Origin: Eledone cirrhosa
Taxonomy: Eukaryota
Direction: 5' to 3'
DNA: 64,000 nucleotides
Assembly: GCA_964016885.1 (NCBI GenBank)
Contig: OZ024743.1
Location: 234,422,001 to 234,486,000, forward strand
Below are positions 1 to 11,799 of the stretch, piece after piece. The notes beneath the pieces are model-generated. The model made no database searches and was not told the origin of the DNA. It saw nothing but the letters and a program-made list of their open reading frames with translations. Position 1 is the stretch's first letter. Each line of letters opens with the position of its first letter. The position numbers and the translations under genes are program-made.

Positions 1-35
1 GCTGTGGAACCAAACCGGGTTAAACGTCAACAAAG

Positions 36-96
36 TCCGCCGGCGAATGGTGTGCTTCGAAGAAAACGAATCCAAAAATGACGATTTGCCGGCGGA
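36..96. repeat. 13-bp inverted repeat inside each 227-bp monomer (first copy shown)
   Basis: TCCGCCGGCGAAT (36-48) and ATTTGCCGGCGGA (84-96) are complementary at 12 of 13 positions (the other is G:T). The 35-nt spacer contains the palindrome CTTCGAAG. Confidence 0.9.
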
Positions 97-676
97 GTTA
101 CCTTTTCAATCGCGGGCCGGCCGCCCGTGGTCGGATCGATCTGTAATTACTGGTACATGTGCAGACACTCATTGGCTATGTGTGGCGTGAATTTCAGCAA
201 GATATCTCCGTAAAATCAATAGTTGTGGCTGTGGAACCAAACCGTGTTAAACGTCAACAAAGTCCGCCGGCGAATGGTGTGCTTCGAAGAAAACGAATCC
301 AAAAATGACGATTTGCCGGCGGAGTTACCTTTTCAATCGCAAACCGGCCGCCCGTGGTCGGATCGATCTGTAATTACTGGTACATGTGCAGACACTCATT
401 GGCTATGTGTGGCGTGAATTTCAGCAAGATATCTCCGTAAAATCAATAGTTGTGGCTGTGGAACCAAACCGTGTTAAACGTCAACAAAGTCCGCCGGCGA
501 ATGGTGTGCTTCGAAGAAAACGAATCCAAAAATGACGATTTGCCGGCGGAGTTACCTTTTCAATCGCGGGCCGGCCGCCCGTGGTCGGATCGATCTGTAA
601 TTACTGGTACATGTGCAGACACTCATTGGCTATGTGTGGCGTGAATTTCAGCAAGATATCTCCGTAAAATCAATAG

Positions 677-3600
677 TTGTGGCTGTGGAACCAAACCGTG
701 TTAAACGTCAACAAAGTCCGCCGGCGAATGGTGTGCTTCGAAGAAAACGAATCCAAAAATGACGATTTGCCGGCGGAGTTACCTTTTCAATCGCAAACCG
801 GCCGCCCGTGGTCGGATCGATCTGTAATTACTGGTACATGTGCAGACACTCATTGGCTATGTGTGGCGTGAATTTCAGCAAGATATCTCCGTAAAATCAA
901 TAGTTGTGGCTGTGGAACCAAACCGTGTTAAACGTCAACAAAGTCCGCCGGCGAATGGTGTGCTTCGAAGAAAACGAATCCAAAAATGACGATTTGCCGG
1001 CGGAGTTACCTTTTCAATCGCGGGCCGGCCGCCCGTGGTCGGATCGATCTGTAATTACTGGTACATGTGCAGACACTCATTGGCTATGTGTGGCGTGAAT
1101 TTCAGCAAGATATCTCCGTAAAATCAATAGTTGTGGCTGTGGAACCAAACCGTGTTAAACGTCAACAAAGTCCGCCGGCGAATGGTGTGCTTCGAAGAAA
1201 ACGAATCCAAAAATGACGATTTGCCGGCGGAGTTACCTTTTCAATCGCGGGCCGGCCGCCCTTGGTCGGATCGATCTGTAATTACTGGTACATGTGCAGA
1301 CACTCATTGGCTATGTGTGGCTTGAATTTCAGCAAGATATCTCCGTAAAATCAATAGTTGTGGCTGTGGAACCAAACCGTGTTAAACGTCAACAAAGTCC
1401 GCCGGCGAATGGTGTGCTTCGAAGAAAACGAATCCAAAAATGACGATTTGCCGGCGGAGTTACCTTTTCAATCGCGGGCCGGCCGCCCGTGGTCGGATCG
1501 ATCTGTAATTACTGGTACATGTGCAGACACTCATTGGCTATGTGTGGCGTGAATTTCAGCAAGATATCTCCGTAAAATCAATAGTTGTGGCTGTGGAACC
1601 AAACCGTGTTAAACGTCAACAAAGTCCGCCGGCGAATGGTGTGCTTCGAAGAAAACGAATCCAAAAATGACGATTTGCCGGCGGAGTTACCTTTTCAATC
1701 GCGGGCCGGCCGCCCGTGGTCGGATCGATCTGTAATTACTGGTACATGTGCAGACACTCATTGGCTATGTGTGGCGTGAATTTCAGCAAGATATCTCCGT
1801 AAAATCAATAGTTGTGGCTGTGGAACCAAACCGTGTTAAACGTCAACAAAGTCCGCCGGCGAATGGTGTGCTTCGAAGAAAACGAATCCAAAAATGACGA
1901 TTTGCCGGCGGAGTTATCTTTTCAATCGCAAACCGGCCGCCCGTGGTCGGATCGATCTGTAATTACTGGTACCTGTGCAGACACTCATTGGCTATGTGTG
2001 GCGTGAATTTCAGCAAGATATCTCCGTAAAATCAATAGTTGTGGCTGTGGAACCAAACCGTGTTAAACGTCAACAAAGTCAGCCGGCGAATGGTGTGCTT
2101 CGAAAAAAACGAATCCAAAAATGACGATTTGCCGGCGGAGTTACCTTTTCAATCGCAAACCGACCGCCCGTGGTCGGATCGATCTGTAATTACTGGTACA
2201 TGTGCAGAGACTCATTGGCTATGTGTGGCGTGAATTTCAGCAAGATATCTCCGTGAAATCAATAGTTGTGGCTGTGGAACCAAACCGGGTTAAACGTCAA
2301 CAAAGTCCGCCGGCGAATGGTGTGCTTCGAAGAAAACGAATCCAAAAATGACGATTTGCCGGCGGAGTTACCTTTTCAATCGCGGGCCGGCCGCCCGTGG
2401 TCGGATCGATCTGTAATTACTGGTACATGTGCAGACACTCATTGGCTATGTGTGGCGTGAATTTCAGCAAGATATCTCCGTAAAATCAATAGTTGTGGCT
2501 GTGGAACCAAACCGTGTTAAACGTCAACAAAGTCCGCCGGCGAATGGTGTGCTTCGAAGAAAACGAATCCAAAAATGACGATTTGCCGGCGGAGTTACCT
2601 TTTCAATCGCAAACCGGCCGCCCGTGGTCGGATCGATCTGTAATTACTGGTACATGTGCAGACACTCATTGGCTATGTGTGGCGTGAATTTCAGCAAGAT
2701 ATCTCCGTAAAATCAATAGTTGTGGCTGTGGAACCAAACCGTGTTAAACGTCAACAAAGTCCGCCGGCGAATGGTGTGCTTCGAAGAAAACGAATCCAAA
2801 AATGACGATTTGCCGGCGGAGTTACCTTTTCAATCGCGGGCCGGCCGCCCGTGGTCGGATCGATCTGTAATTACTGGTACATGTGCAGACACTCATTGGC
2901 TATGTGTGGCGTGAATTTCAGCAAGATATCTCCGTAAAATCAATAGTTGTGGCTGTGGAACCAAACCGTGTTAAACGTCAACAAAGTCCGCCGGCGAATG
3001 GTGTGCTTCGAAGAAAACGAATCCAAAAATGACGATTTGCCGGCGGAGTTACCTTTTCAATCGCGGGCCGGCCGCCCTTGGTCGGATCGATCTGTAATTA
3101 CTGGTACATGTGCAGACACTCATTGGCTATGTGTGGCTTGAATTTCAGCAAGATATCTCCGTAAAATCAATAGTTGTGGCTGTGGAACCAAACCGTGTTA
3201 AACGTCAACAAAGTCCGCCGGCGAATGGTGTGCTTCGAAGAAAACGAATCCAAAAATGACGATTTGCCGGCGGAGTTACCTTTTCAATCGCGGGCCGGCC
3301 GCCCGTGGTCGGATCGATCTGTAATTACTGGTACATGTGCAGACACTCATTGGCTATGTGTGGCGTGAATTTCAGCAAGATATCTCCGTAAAATCAATAG
3401 TTGTGGCTGTGGAACCAAACCGTGTTAAACGTCAACAAAGTCCGCCGGCGAATGGTGTGCTTCGAAGAAAACGAATCCAAAAATGACGATTTGCCGGCGG
3501 AGTTACCTTTTCAATCGCGGGCCGGCCGCCCGTGGTCGGATCGATCTGTAATTACTGGTACATGTGCAGACACTCATTGGCTATGTGTGGCGTGAATTTC

Positions 3601-4308
3601 AGCAAGATATCTCCGTAAAATCAATAGTTGTGGCTGTGGAACCAAACCGTGTTAAACGTCAACAAAGTCCGCCGGCGAATGGTGTGCTTCGAAGAAAACG
3701 AATCCAAAAATGACGATTTGCCGGCGGAGTTATCTTTTCAATCGCAAACCGGCCGCCCGTGGTCGGATCGATCTGTAATTACTGGTACCTGTGCAGACAC
3801 TCATTGGCTATGTGTGGCGTGAATTTCAGCAAGATATCTCCGTAAAATCAATAGTTGTGGCTGTGGAACCAAACCGTGTTAAACGTCAACAAAGTCAGCC
3901 GGCGAATGGTGTGCTTCGAAAAAAACGAATCCAAAAATGACGATTTGCCGGCGGAGTTACCTTTTCAATCGCAAACCGACCGCCCGTGGTCGGATCGATC
4001 TGTAATTACTGGTACATGTGCAGAGACTCATTGGCTATGTGTGGCGTGAATTTCAGCAAGATATCTCCGTGAAATCAATAGTTGTGGCTGTGGAACCAAA
4101 CCGGGTTAAACGTCAACAAAGTCCGCCGGCGAATGGTGTGCTTCGAAGAAAACGAATCCAAAAATGACGATTTGCCGGCGGAGTTACCTTTTCAATCGCG
4201 GGCCGGCCGCCCGTGGTCGGATCGATCTGTAATTACTGGTACATGTGCAGACACTCATTGGCTATGTGTGGCGTGAATTTCAGCAAGATATCTCCGTAAA
4301 ATCAATAG
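677..4308. repeat. Tandem 8-monomer higher-order repeat (2 x 1816 bp) in array A
   Basis: Rare variant monomers recur 1816 bp apart: CCCTTGG+GGCTTGA at 1131 and 2947, TTATCT+GGTACC at 1812 and 3628, GTCAGCC+CGAAAAA at 2039 and 3855, CCGGGT at 2266 and 4082. Confidence 0.9.
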
Positions 4309-7300
4309 TTGTGGCTGTGGAACCAAACCGTGTTAAACGTCAACAAAGTCCGCCGGCGAATGGTGTGCTTCGAAGAAAACGAATCCAAAAATGACGATTT
4401 GCCGGCGGAGTTACCTTTTCAATCGCGGGCCGGCCGCCCGTGGTCGGATCGATCTGTAATTACTGGTACATGTGCAGACACTCATTGGCTATGTGTGGCG
4501 TGAATTTCAGCAAGATATCTCCGTAAAATCAATAGTTGTGGCTGTGGAACCAAACCGTGTTAAACGTCAACAAAGTCCGCCGGCGAATGGTGTGCTTCGA
4601 AGAAAACGAATCCAAAAATGACGATTTGCCGGCGGAGTTACCTTTTCAATCGCGGGCCGGCCGCCCGTGGTCGGATCGATCTGTAATTACTGGTACATGT
4701 GCAGACACTCATTGGCTATGTGTGGCGTGAATTTCAGCAAGATATCTCCGTAAAATCAATAGTTGTGGCTGTGGAACCAAACCGTGTTAAACGTCAACAA
4801 AGTCCGCCGGCGAATGGTGTGCTTCGAAGAAAACGAATCCAAAAATGACGATTTGCCGGCGGAGTTACCTTTTCAATCGCGGGCCGGCCGCCCGTGGTCG
4901 AATCGATCTGTAATTACTGGTACATGTGCAGACACTCATTGGCTATGTGTGGCTTGAATTTCAGCAAGATATCTCCGTAAAATCAATAGTTGTGGCTGTG
5001 GAACCAAACCGTGTTAAACGTCAACAAAGTCCGCCGGCGAATGGTGTGCTTCGAAGAAAACGAATCCAAAAATGACGATTTGCCGGCGGAGTTACCTTTT
5101 CAATCGCGGGCCGGCCGCCCGTGGTCGGATCGATCTGTAATTACTGGTACATGTGCAGACACTCATTGGCTATGTGTGGCGTGAATTTCAGCAAGATATC
5201 TCCGTAAAATCAATAGTTGTGGCTGTGGAACCAAACCGTGTTAAACGTCAACAAAGTCCGCCGGCGAATGGTGTGCTTCGAAGAAAACGAATCCAAAAAT
5301 GACGATTTGCCGGCGGAGTTACCTTTTCAATCGCAAACCGGCCGCCCGTGGTCGGATCGATCTGTAATTACTGGTACATGTGCAGAGACTCATTGGCTAT
5401 GTGTGGCGTGAATTTCAGCAAGATATCTCCGTGAAATCAATAGTTGTGGCTGTGGAACCAAACCGGGTTAAACGTCAACAAAGTCCGCCGGCGAATGGTG
5501 TGCTTCGAAGAAAACGAATCCAAAAATGACGATTTGCCGGCGGAGTTACCTTTTCAATCGCAAACCGGCCGCCCGTGGTCGGATCGATCTGTAATTACTG
5601 GTACATGTGCAGACACTCATTGGCTATGTGTGGCGTGAATTTCAGCAAGATATCTCCGTAAAATCAATAGTTGTGGCTGTGGAACCAAACCGTGTTAAAC
5701 GTCAACAAAGTCCGCCGGCGAATGGTGTGCTTCGAAGAAAACGAATCCAAAAATGACGATTTGCCGGCGGAGTTACCTTTTCAATCGCAAACCGGCCGCC
5801 CGTGGTCGGATCGATCTGTAATTACTGGTACATGTGCAGACACTCATTGGCTATGTGTGGCGTGAATTTCAGCAAGATATCTCCGTAAAATCAATAGTTG
5901 TGGCTGTGGAACCAAACCGTGTTAAACGTCAACAAAGTCCGCCGGCGAATGGTGTGCTTCGAAGAAAACGAATCCAAAAATGACGATTTGCCGGCGGAGT
6001 TACCTTTTCAATCGCGGGCCGGCCGCCCGTGGTCGGATCGATCTGTAATTACTGGTACATGTGCAGACACTCATTGGCTATGTGTGGCGTGAATTTCAGC
6101 AAGATATCTCCGTAAAATCAATAGTTGTGGCTGTGGAACCAAACCGTGTTAAACGTCAACAAAGTCCGCCGGCGAATGGTGTGCTTCGAAGAAAACGAAT
6201 CCAAAAATGACGATTTGCCGGCGGAGTTACCTTTTCAATCGCAAACCGGCCGCCCGTGGTCGGATCGATCTGTAATTACTGGTACATGTGCAGACACTCA
6301 TTGGCTATGTGTGGCGTGAATTTCAGCAAGATATCTCCGTAAAATCAATAGTTGTGGCTGTGGAACCAAACCGTGTTAAACGTCAACAAAGTCCGCCGGC
6401 GAATGGTGTGCTTCGAAGAAAACGAATCCAAAAATGACGATTTGCCGGCGGAGTTACCTTTTCAATCGCGGGCCGGCCGCCCGTGGTCGGATCGATCTGT
6501 AATTACTGGTACATGTGCAGACACTCATTGGCTATGTGTGGCGTGAATTTCAGCAAGATATCTCCGTAAAATCAATAGTTGTGGCTGTGGAACCAAACCG
6601 TGTTAAACGTCAACAAAGTCCGCCGGCGAATGGTGTGCTTCGAAGAAAACGAATCCAAAAATGACGATTTGCCGGCGGAGTTACCTTTTCAATCGCGGGC
6701 CGGCCGCCCTTGGTCGGATCGCTCTGTAATTACTGGTACATGTGCAGACACTCATTGGCTATGTGTGGCGTGAATTTCAGCAAGATATCTCCGTAAAATC
6801 AATAGTTGTGGCTGTGGAACCAAACCGTGTTAAACGTCAACAAAGTCAGCCGGCGAATGGTGTGCTTCGAAGAAAACGAATCCAAAAATGACGATTTGCC
6901 GGCGGAGTTACCTTTTCAATCGCAAACCGACCGCCCGTGGTCGGATCGATCTGTAATTACTGGTACATGTGCAGAGACTCATTGGCTATGTGTGGCGTGA
7001 ATTTCAGCAAGATATCTCCGTGAAATCAATAGTTGTGGCTGTGGAACCAAACCGGGTTAAACGTCAACAAAGTCCGCCGGCGAATGGTGTGCTTCGAAGA
7101 AAACGAATCCAAAAATGACGATTTGCCGGCGGAGTTACCTTTTCAATCGCGGGCCGGCCGCCCGTGGTCGGATCGATCTGTAATTACTGGTACATGTGCA
7201 GACACTCATTGGCTATGTGTGGCGTGAATTTCAGCAAGATATCTCCGTAAAATCAATAGTTGTGGCTGTGGAACCAAACCGTGTTAAACGTCAACAAAGT

Positions 7301-9075
7301 CCGCCGGCGAATGGTGTGCTTCGAAGAAAACGAATCCAAAAATGACGATTTGCCGGCGGAGTTACCTTTTCAATCGCAAACCGGCCGCCCGTGGTCGGAT
7401 CGATCTGTAATTACTGGTACCTGTGCAGACACTCATTGGCTATGTGTGGCGTGAATTTCAGCAAGATATCTCCGTGAAATCAATAGTTGTGGCTGTGGAA
7501 CCAAACCGTGTTAAACGTCAACAAAGTCCGCCGGCGAATGGTGTGCTTCGAAGAAAACGAATCCAAAAATGACAATTTGCCGGCGGAGTTACCTTTTCAA
7601 TCGCGGGCCGGCCGCCCGTGATCGGATCGATCTGTAATTACTGGTACATGTGCAGACACTCATTGGCTATGTGTGGCGTGAATTTCAGCAAGATATCTCC
7701 GTAAAATCAATAGTTGTGGCTGTGGAACCAAACCGTGTTAAACGTCAACAAAGTCCGCCGGCGAATGGTGTGCTTCGAAGAAAACGAATCCAAAAATGAC
7801 GATTTGCCGGCGGAGTTACCTTTTCAATCGCGGGCCGGCCGCCCGTGGTCGGATCGATCTGTAATTACTGGTACATGTGCAGACACTCATTGGCTATGTG
7901 TGGCTTGAATTTCAGCAAGATATCTCCGTAAAATCAATAGTTGTGGCTGTGGAACCAAACCGTGTTAAACGTCAACAAAGTCCGCCGGCGAATGGTGTGC
8001 TTCGAAGAAAACGAATCCAAAAATGACGATTTGCCGGCGGAGTTACCTTTTCAATCGCGGGCCGGCCGCCCGTGGTCGGATCGATCTGTAATTACTGGTA
8101 CATGTGCAGACACTCATTGGCTATGTGTGGCGTGAATTTCAGCAAGATATCTCCGTAAAATCAATAGTTGTGGCTGTGGAACCAAACCGTGTTAAACGTC
8201 AACAAAGTCAGCCGGCGAATGGTGTGCTTCGAAGAAAACGAATCCAAAAATGACGATTTGCCGGCGGAGTTACCTTTTCAATCGCAAACCGACCGCCCGT
8301 GGTCGGATCGATCTGTAATTACTGGTACATGTGCAGAGACTCATTGGCTATGTGTGGCGTGAATTTCAGCAAGATATCTCCGTGAAATCAATAGTTGTGG
8401 CTGTGGAACCAAACCGGGTTAAACGTCAACAAAGTCCGCCGGCGAATGGTGTGCTTCGAAGAAAACGAATCCAAAAATGACGATTTGCCGGCGGAGTTAC
8501 CTTTTCAATCGCGGGCCGGCCGCCCGTGGTCGGATCGATCTGTAATTACTGGTACATGTGCAGACACTCATTGGCTATGTGTGGCGTGAATTTCAGCAAG
8601 ATATCTCCGTAAAATCAATAGTTGTGGCTGTGGAACCAAACCGTGTTAAACGTCAACAAAGTCCGCCGGCGAATGGTGTGCTTCGAAGAAAACGAATCCA
8701 AAAATGACGATTTGCCGGCGGAGTTACCTTTTCAATCGCAAACCGGCCGCCCGTGGTCGGATCGATCTGTAATTACTGGTACATGTGCAGACACTCATTG
8801 GCTATGTGTGGCGTGAATTTCAGCAAGATATCTCCGTAAAATCAATAGTTGTGGCTGTGGAACCAAACCGTGTTAAACGTCAACAAAGTCCGCCGGCGAA
8901 TGGTGTGCTTCGAAGAAAACGAATCCAAAAATGACGATTTGCCGGCGGAGTTACCTTTTCAATCGCGGGCCGGCCGCCCGTGGTCGGATCGATCTGTAAT
9001 TACTGGTACATGTGCAGACACTCATTGGCTATGTGTGGCGTGAATTTCAGCAAGATATCTCCGTAAAATCAATAG

Positions 9076-11799
9076 TTGTGGCTGTGGAACCAAACCGTGT
9101 TAAACGTCAACAAAGTCCGCCGGCGAATGGTGTGCTTCGAAGAAAACGAATCCAAAAATGACGATTTGCCGGCGGAGTTACCTTTTCAATCGCAAACCGG
9201 CCGCCCGTGGTCGGATCGATCTGTAATTACTGGTACATGTGCAGACACTCATTGGCTATGTGTGGCGTGAATTTCAGCAAGATATCTCCGTAAAATCAAT
9301 AGTTGTGGCTGTGGAACCAAACCGTGTTAAACGTCAACAAAGTCCGCCGGCGAATGGTGTGCTTCGAAGAAAACGAATCCAAAAATGACGATTTGCCGGC
9401 GGAGTTACCTTTTCAATAGCGGGCCGGCCGCCCGTGGTCGGATCGATCTGTAATTACTGGTACATGTGCAGACACTCATTGGCTATGTGTGGCGTGAATT
9501 TCAGCAAGATATCTCCGTAAAATCAATAGTTGTGGCTGTGGAACCAAACCGTGTTAAACGTCAACAAAGTCCGCCGGCGAATGGTGTGCTTCGAAGAAAA
9601 CGAATCCAAAAATGACGATTTGCCGGCGGAGTTACCTTTTCAATCGCGGGCCGGCCGCCCTTGGTCGGATCGATCTGTAATTACTGGTACATGTGCAGAC
9701 ACTCATTGGCTATGTGTGGCTTGAATTTCAGCAAGATATCTCCGTAAAATCAATAGTTGTGGCTGTGGAACCAAACCGTGTTAAACGTCAACAAAGTCCG
9801 CCGGCGAATGGTGTGCTTCGAAGAAAACGAATCCAAAAATGACGATTTGCCGGCGGAGTTACCTTTTCAATCGCGGGCCGGCCGCCCGTGGTCGGATCGA
9901 TCTGTAATTACTGGTACATGTGCAGACACTCATTGGCTATGTGTGGCGTGAATTTCAGCAAGATATCTCCGTAAAATCAATAGTTGTGGCTGTGGAACCA
10001 AACCGTGTTAAACGTCAACAAAGTCCGCCGGCGAATGGTGTGCTTCGAAGAAAACGAATCCAAAAATGACGATTTGCCGGCGGAGTTACCTTTTCAATCG
10101 CGGGCCGGCCGCCCGTGGTCGGATCGATCTGTAATTACTGGTACATGTGCAGACACTCATTGGCTATGTGTGGCGTGAATTTCAGCAAGATATCTCCGTA
10201 AAATCAATAGTTGTGGCTGTGGAACCAAACCGTGTTAAACGTCAACAAAGTCCGCCGGCGAATGGTGTGCTTCGAAGAAAACGAATCCAAAAATGACGAT
10301 TTGCCGGCGGAGTTATCTTTTCAATCGCAAACCGGCCGCCCGTGGTCGGATCGATCTGTAATTACTGGTACCTGTGCAGACACTCATTGGCTATGTGTGG
10401 CGTGAATTTCAGCAAGATATCTCCGTAAAATCAATAGTTGTGGCTGTGGAACCAAACCGTGTTAAACGTCAACAAAGTCAGCCGGCGAATGGTGTGCTTC
10501 GAAAAAAACGAATCCAAAAATGACGATTTGCCGGCGGAGTTACCTTTTCAATCGCAAACCGACCGCCCGTGGTCGGATCGATCTGTAATTACTGGTACAT
10601 GTGCAGAGACTCATTGGCTATGTGTGGCGTGAATTTCAGCAAGATATCTCCGTGAAATCAATAGTTGTGGCTGTGGAACCAAACCGGGTTAAACGTCAAC
10701 AAAGTCCGCCGGCGAATGGTGTGCTTCGAAGAAAACGAATCCAAAAATGACGATTTGCCGGCGGAGTTACCTTTTCAATCGCGGGCCGGCCGCCCGTGGT
10801 CGGATCGATCTGTAATTACTGGTACATGTGCAGACACTCATTGGCTATGTGTGGCGTGAATTTCAGCAAGATATCTCCGTAAAATCAATAGTTGTGGCTG
10901 TGGAACCAAACCGTGTTAAACGTCAACAAAGTCCGCCGGCGAATGGTGTGCTTCGAAGAAAACGAATCCAAAAATGACGATTTGCCGGCGGAGTTACCTT
11001 TTCAATCGCGGGCCGGCCGCCCGTGGTCGGATCGATCTGTAATTACTGGTACATGTGCAGACACTCATTGGCTATGTGTGGCGTGAATTTCAGCAAGATA
11101 TCTCCGTAAAATCAATAGTTGTGGCTGTGGAACCAAACCGTGTTAAACGTCAACAAAGTCCGCCGGCGAATGGTGTGCTTCGAAGAAAACGAATCCAAAA
11201 ATGACGATTTGCCGGCGGAGTTACCTTTTCAATCGCGGGCCGGCCGCCCGTGGTCGGATCGATCTGTAATTACTGGTACATGTGCAGACACTCATTGGCT
11301 ATGTGTGGCGTGAATTTCAGCAAGATATCTCCGTAAAATCAATAGTTGTGGCTGTGGAACCAAACCGTGTTAAACGTCAACAAAGTCCGCCGGCGAATGG
11401 TGTGCTTCGAAGAAAACGAATCCAAAAATGACGATTTGCCGGCGGAGTTACCTTTTCAATCGCGGGCCGGCCGCCCGTGGTCGAATCGATCTGTAATTAC
11501 TGGTACATGTGCAGACACTCATTGGCTATGTGTGGCTTGAATTTCAGCAAGATATCTCCGTAAAATCAATAGTTGTGGCTGTGGAACCAAACCGTGTTAA
11601 ACGTCAACAAAGTCCGCCGGCGAATGGTGTGCTTCGAAGAAAACGAATCCAAAAATGACGATTTGCCGGCGGAGTTACCTTTTCAATCGCGGGCCGGCCG
11701 CCCGTGGTCGGATCGATCTGTAATTACTGGTACATGTGCAGACACTCATTGGCTATGTGTGGCGTGAATTTCAGCAAGATATCTCCGTAAAATCAATAG
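9076..11799. repeat. 12-monomer block duplicating 2493-5216 (offset 6583 bp = 29 monomers)
   Basis: The same order of rare variants appears at 9530, 10211, 10438, 10665 and 11346 as at 2947, 3628, 3855, 4082 and 4763. One private SNP (AATAGC near 9418) distinguishes the copies. Confidence 0.85.

Noticed and set aside
111-154. Helitron 3' end (GC-rich hairpin followed by CTRR)
   Set aside because: The word about 11 nt after the hairpin is CTGT, and CTGG lies about 20 nt away. There is no matching 5' terminus or flank in the window.
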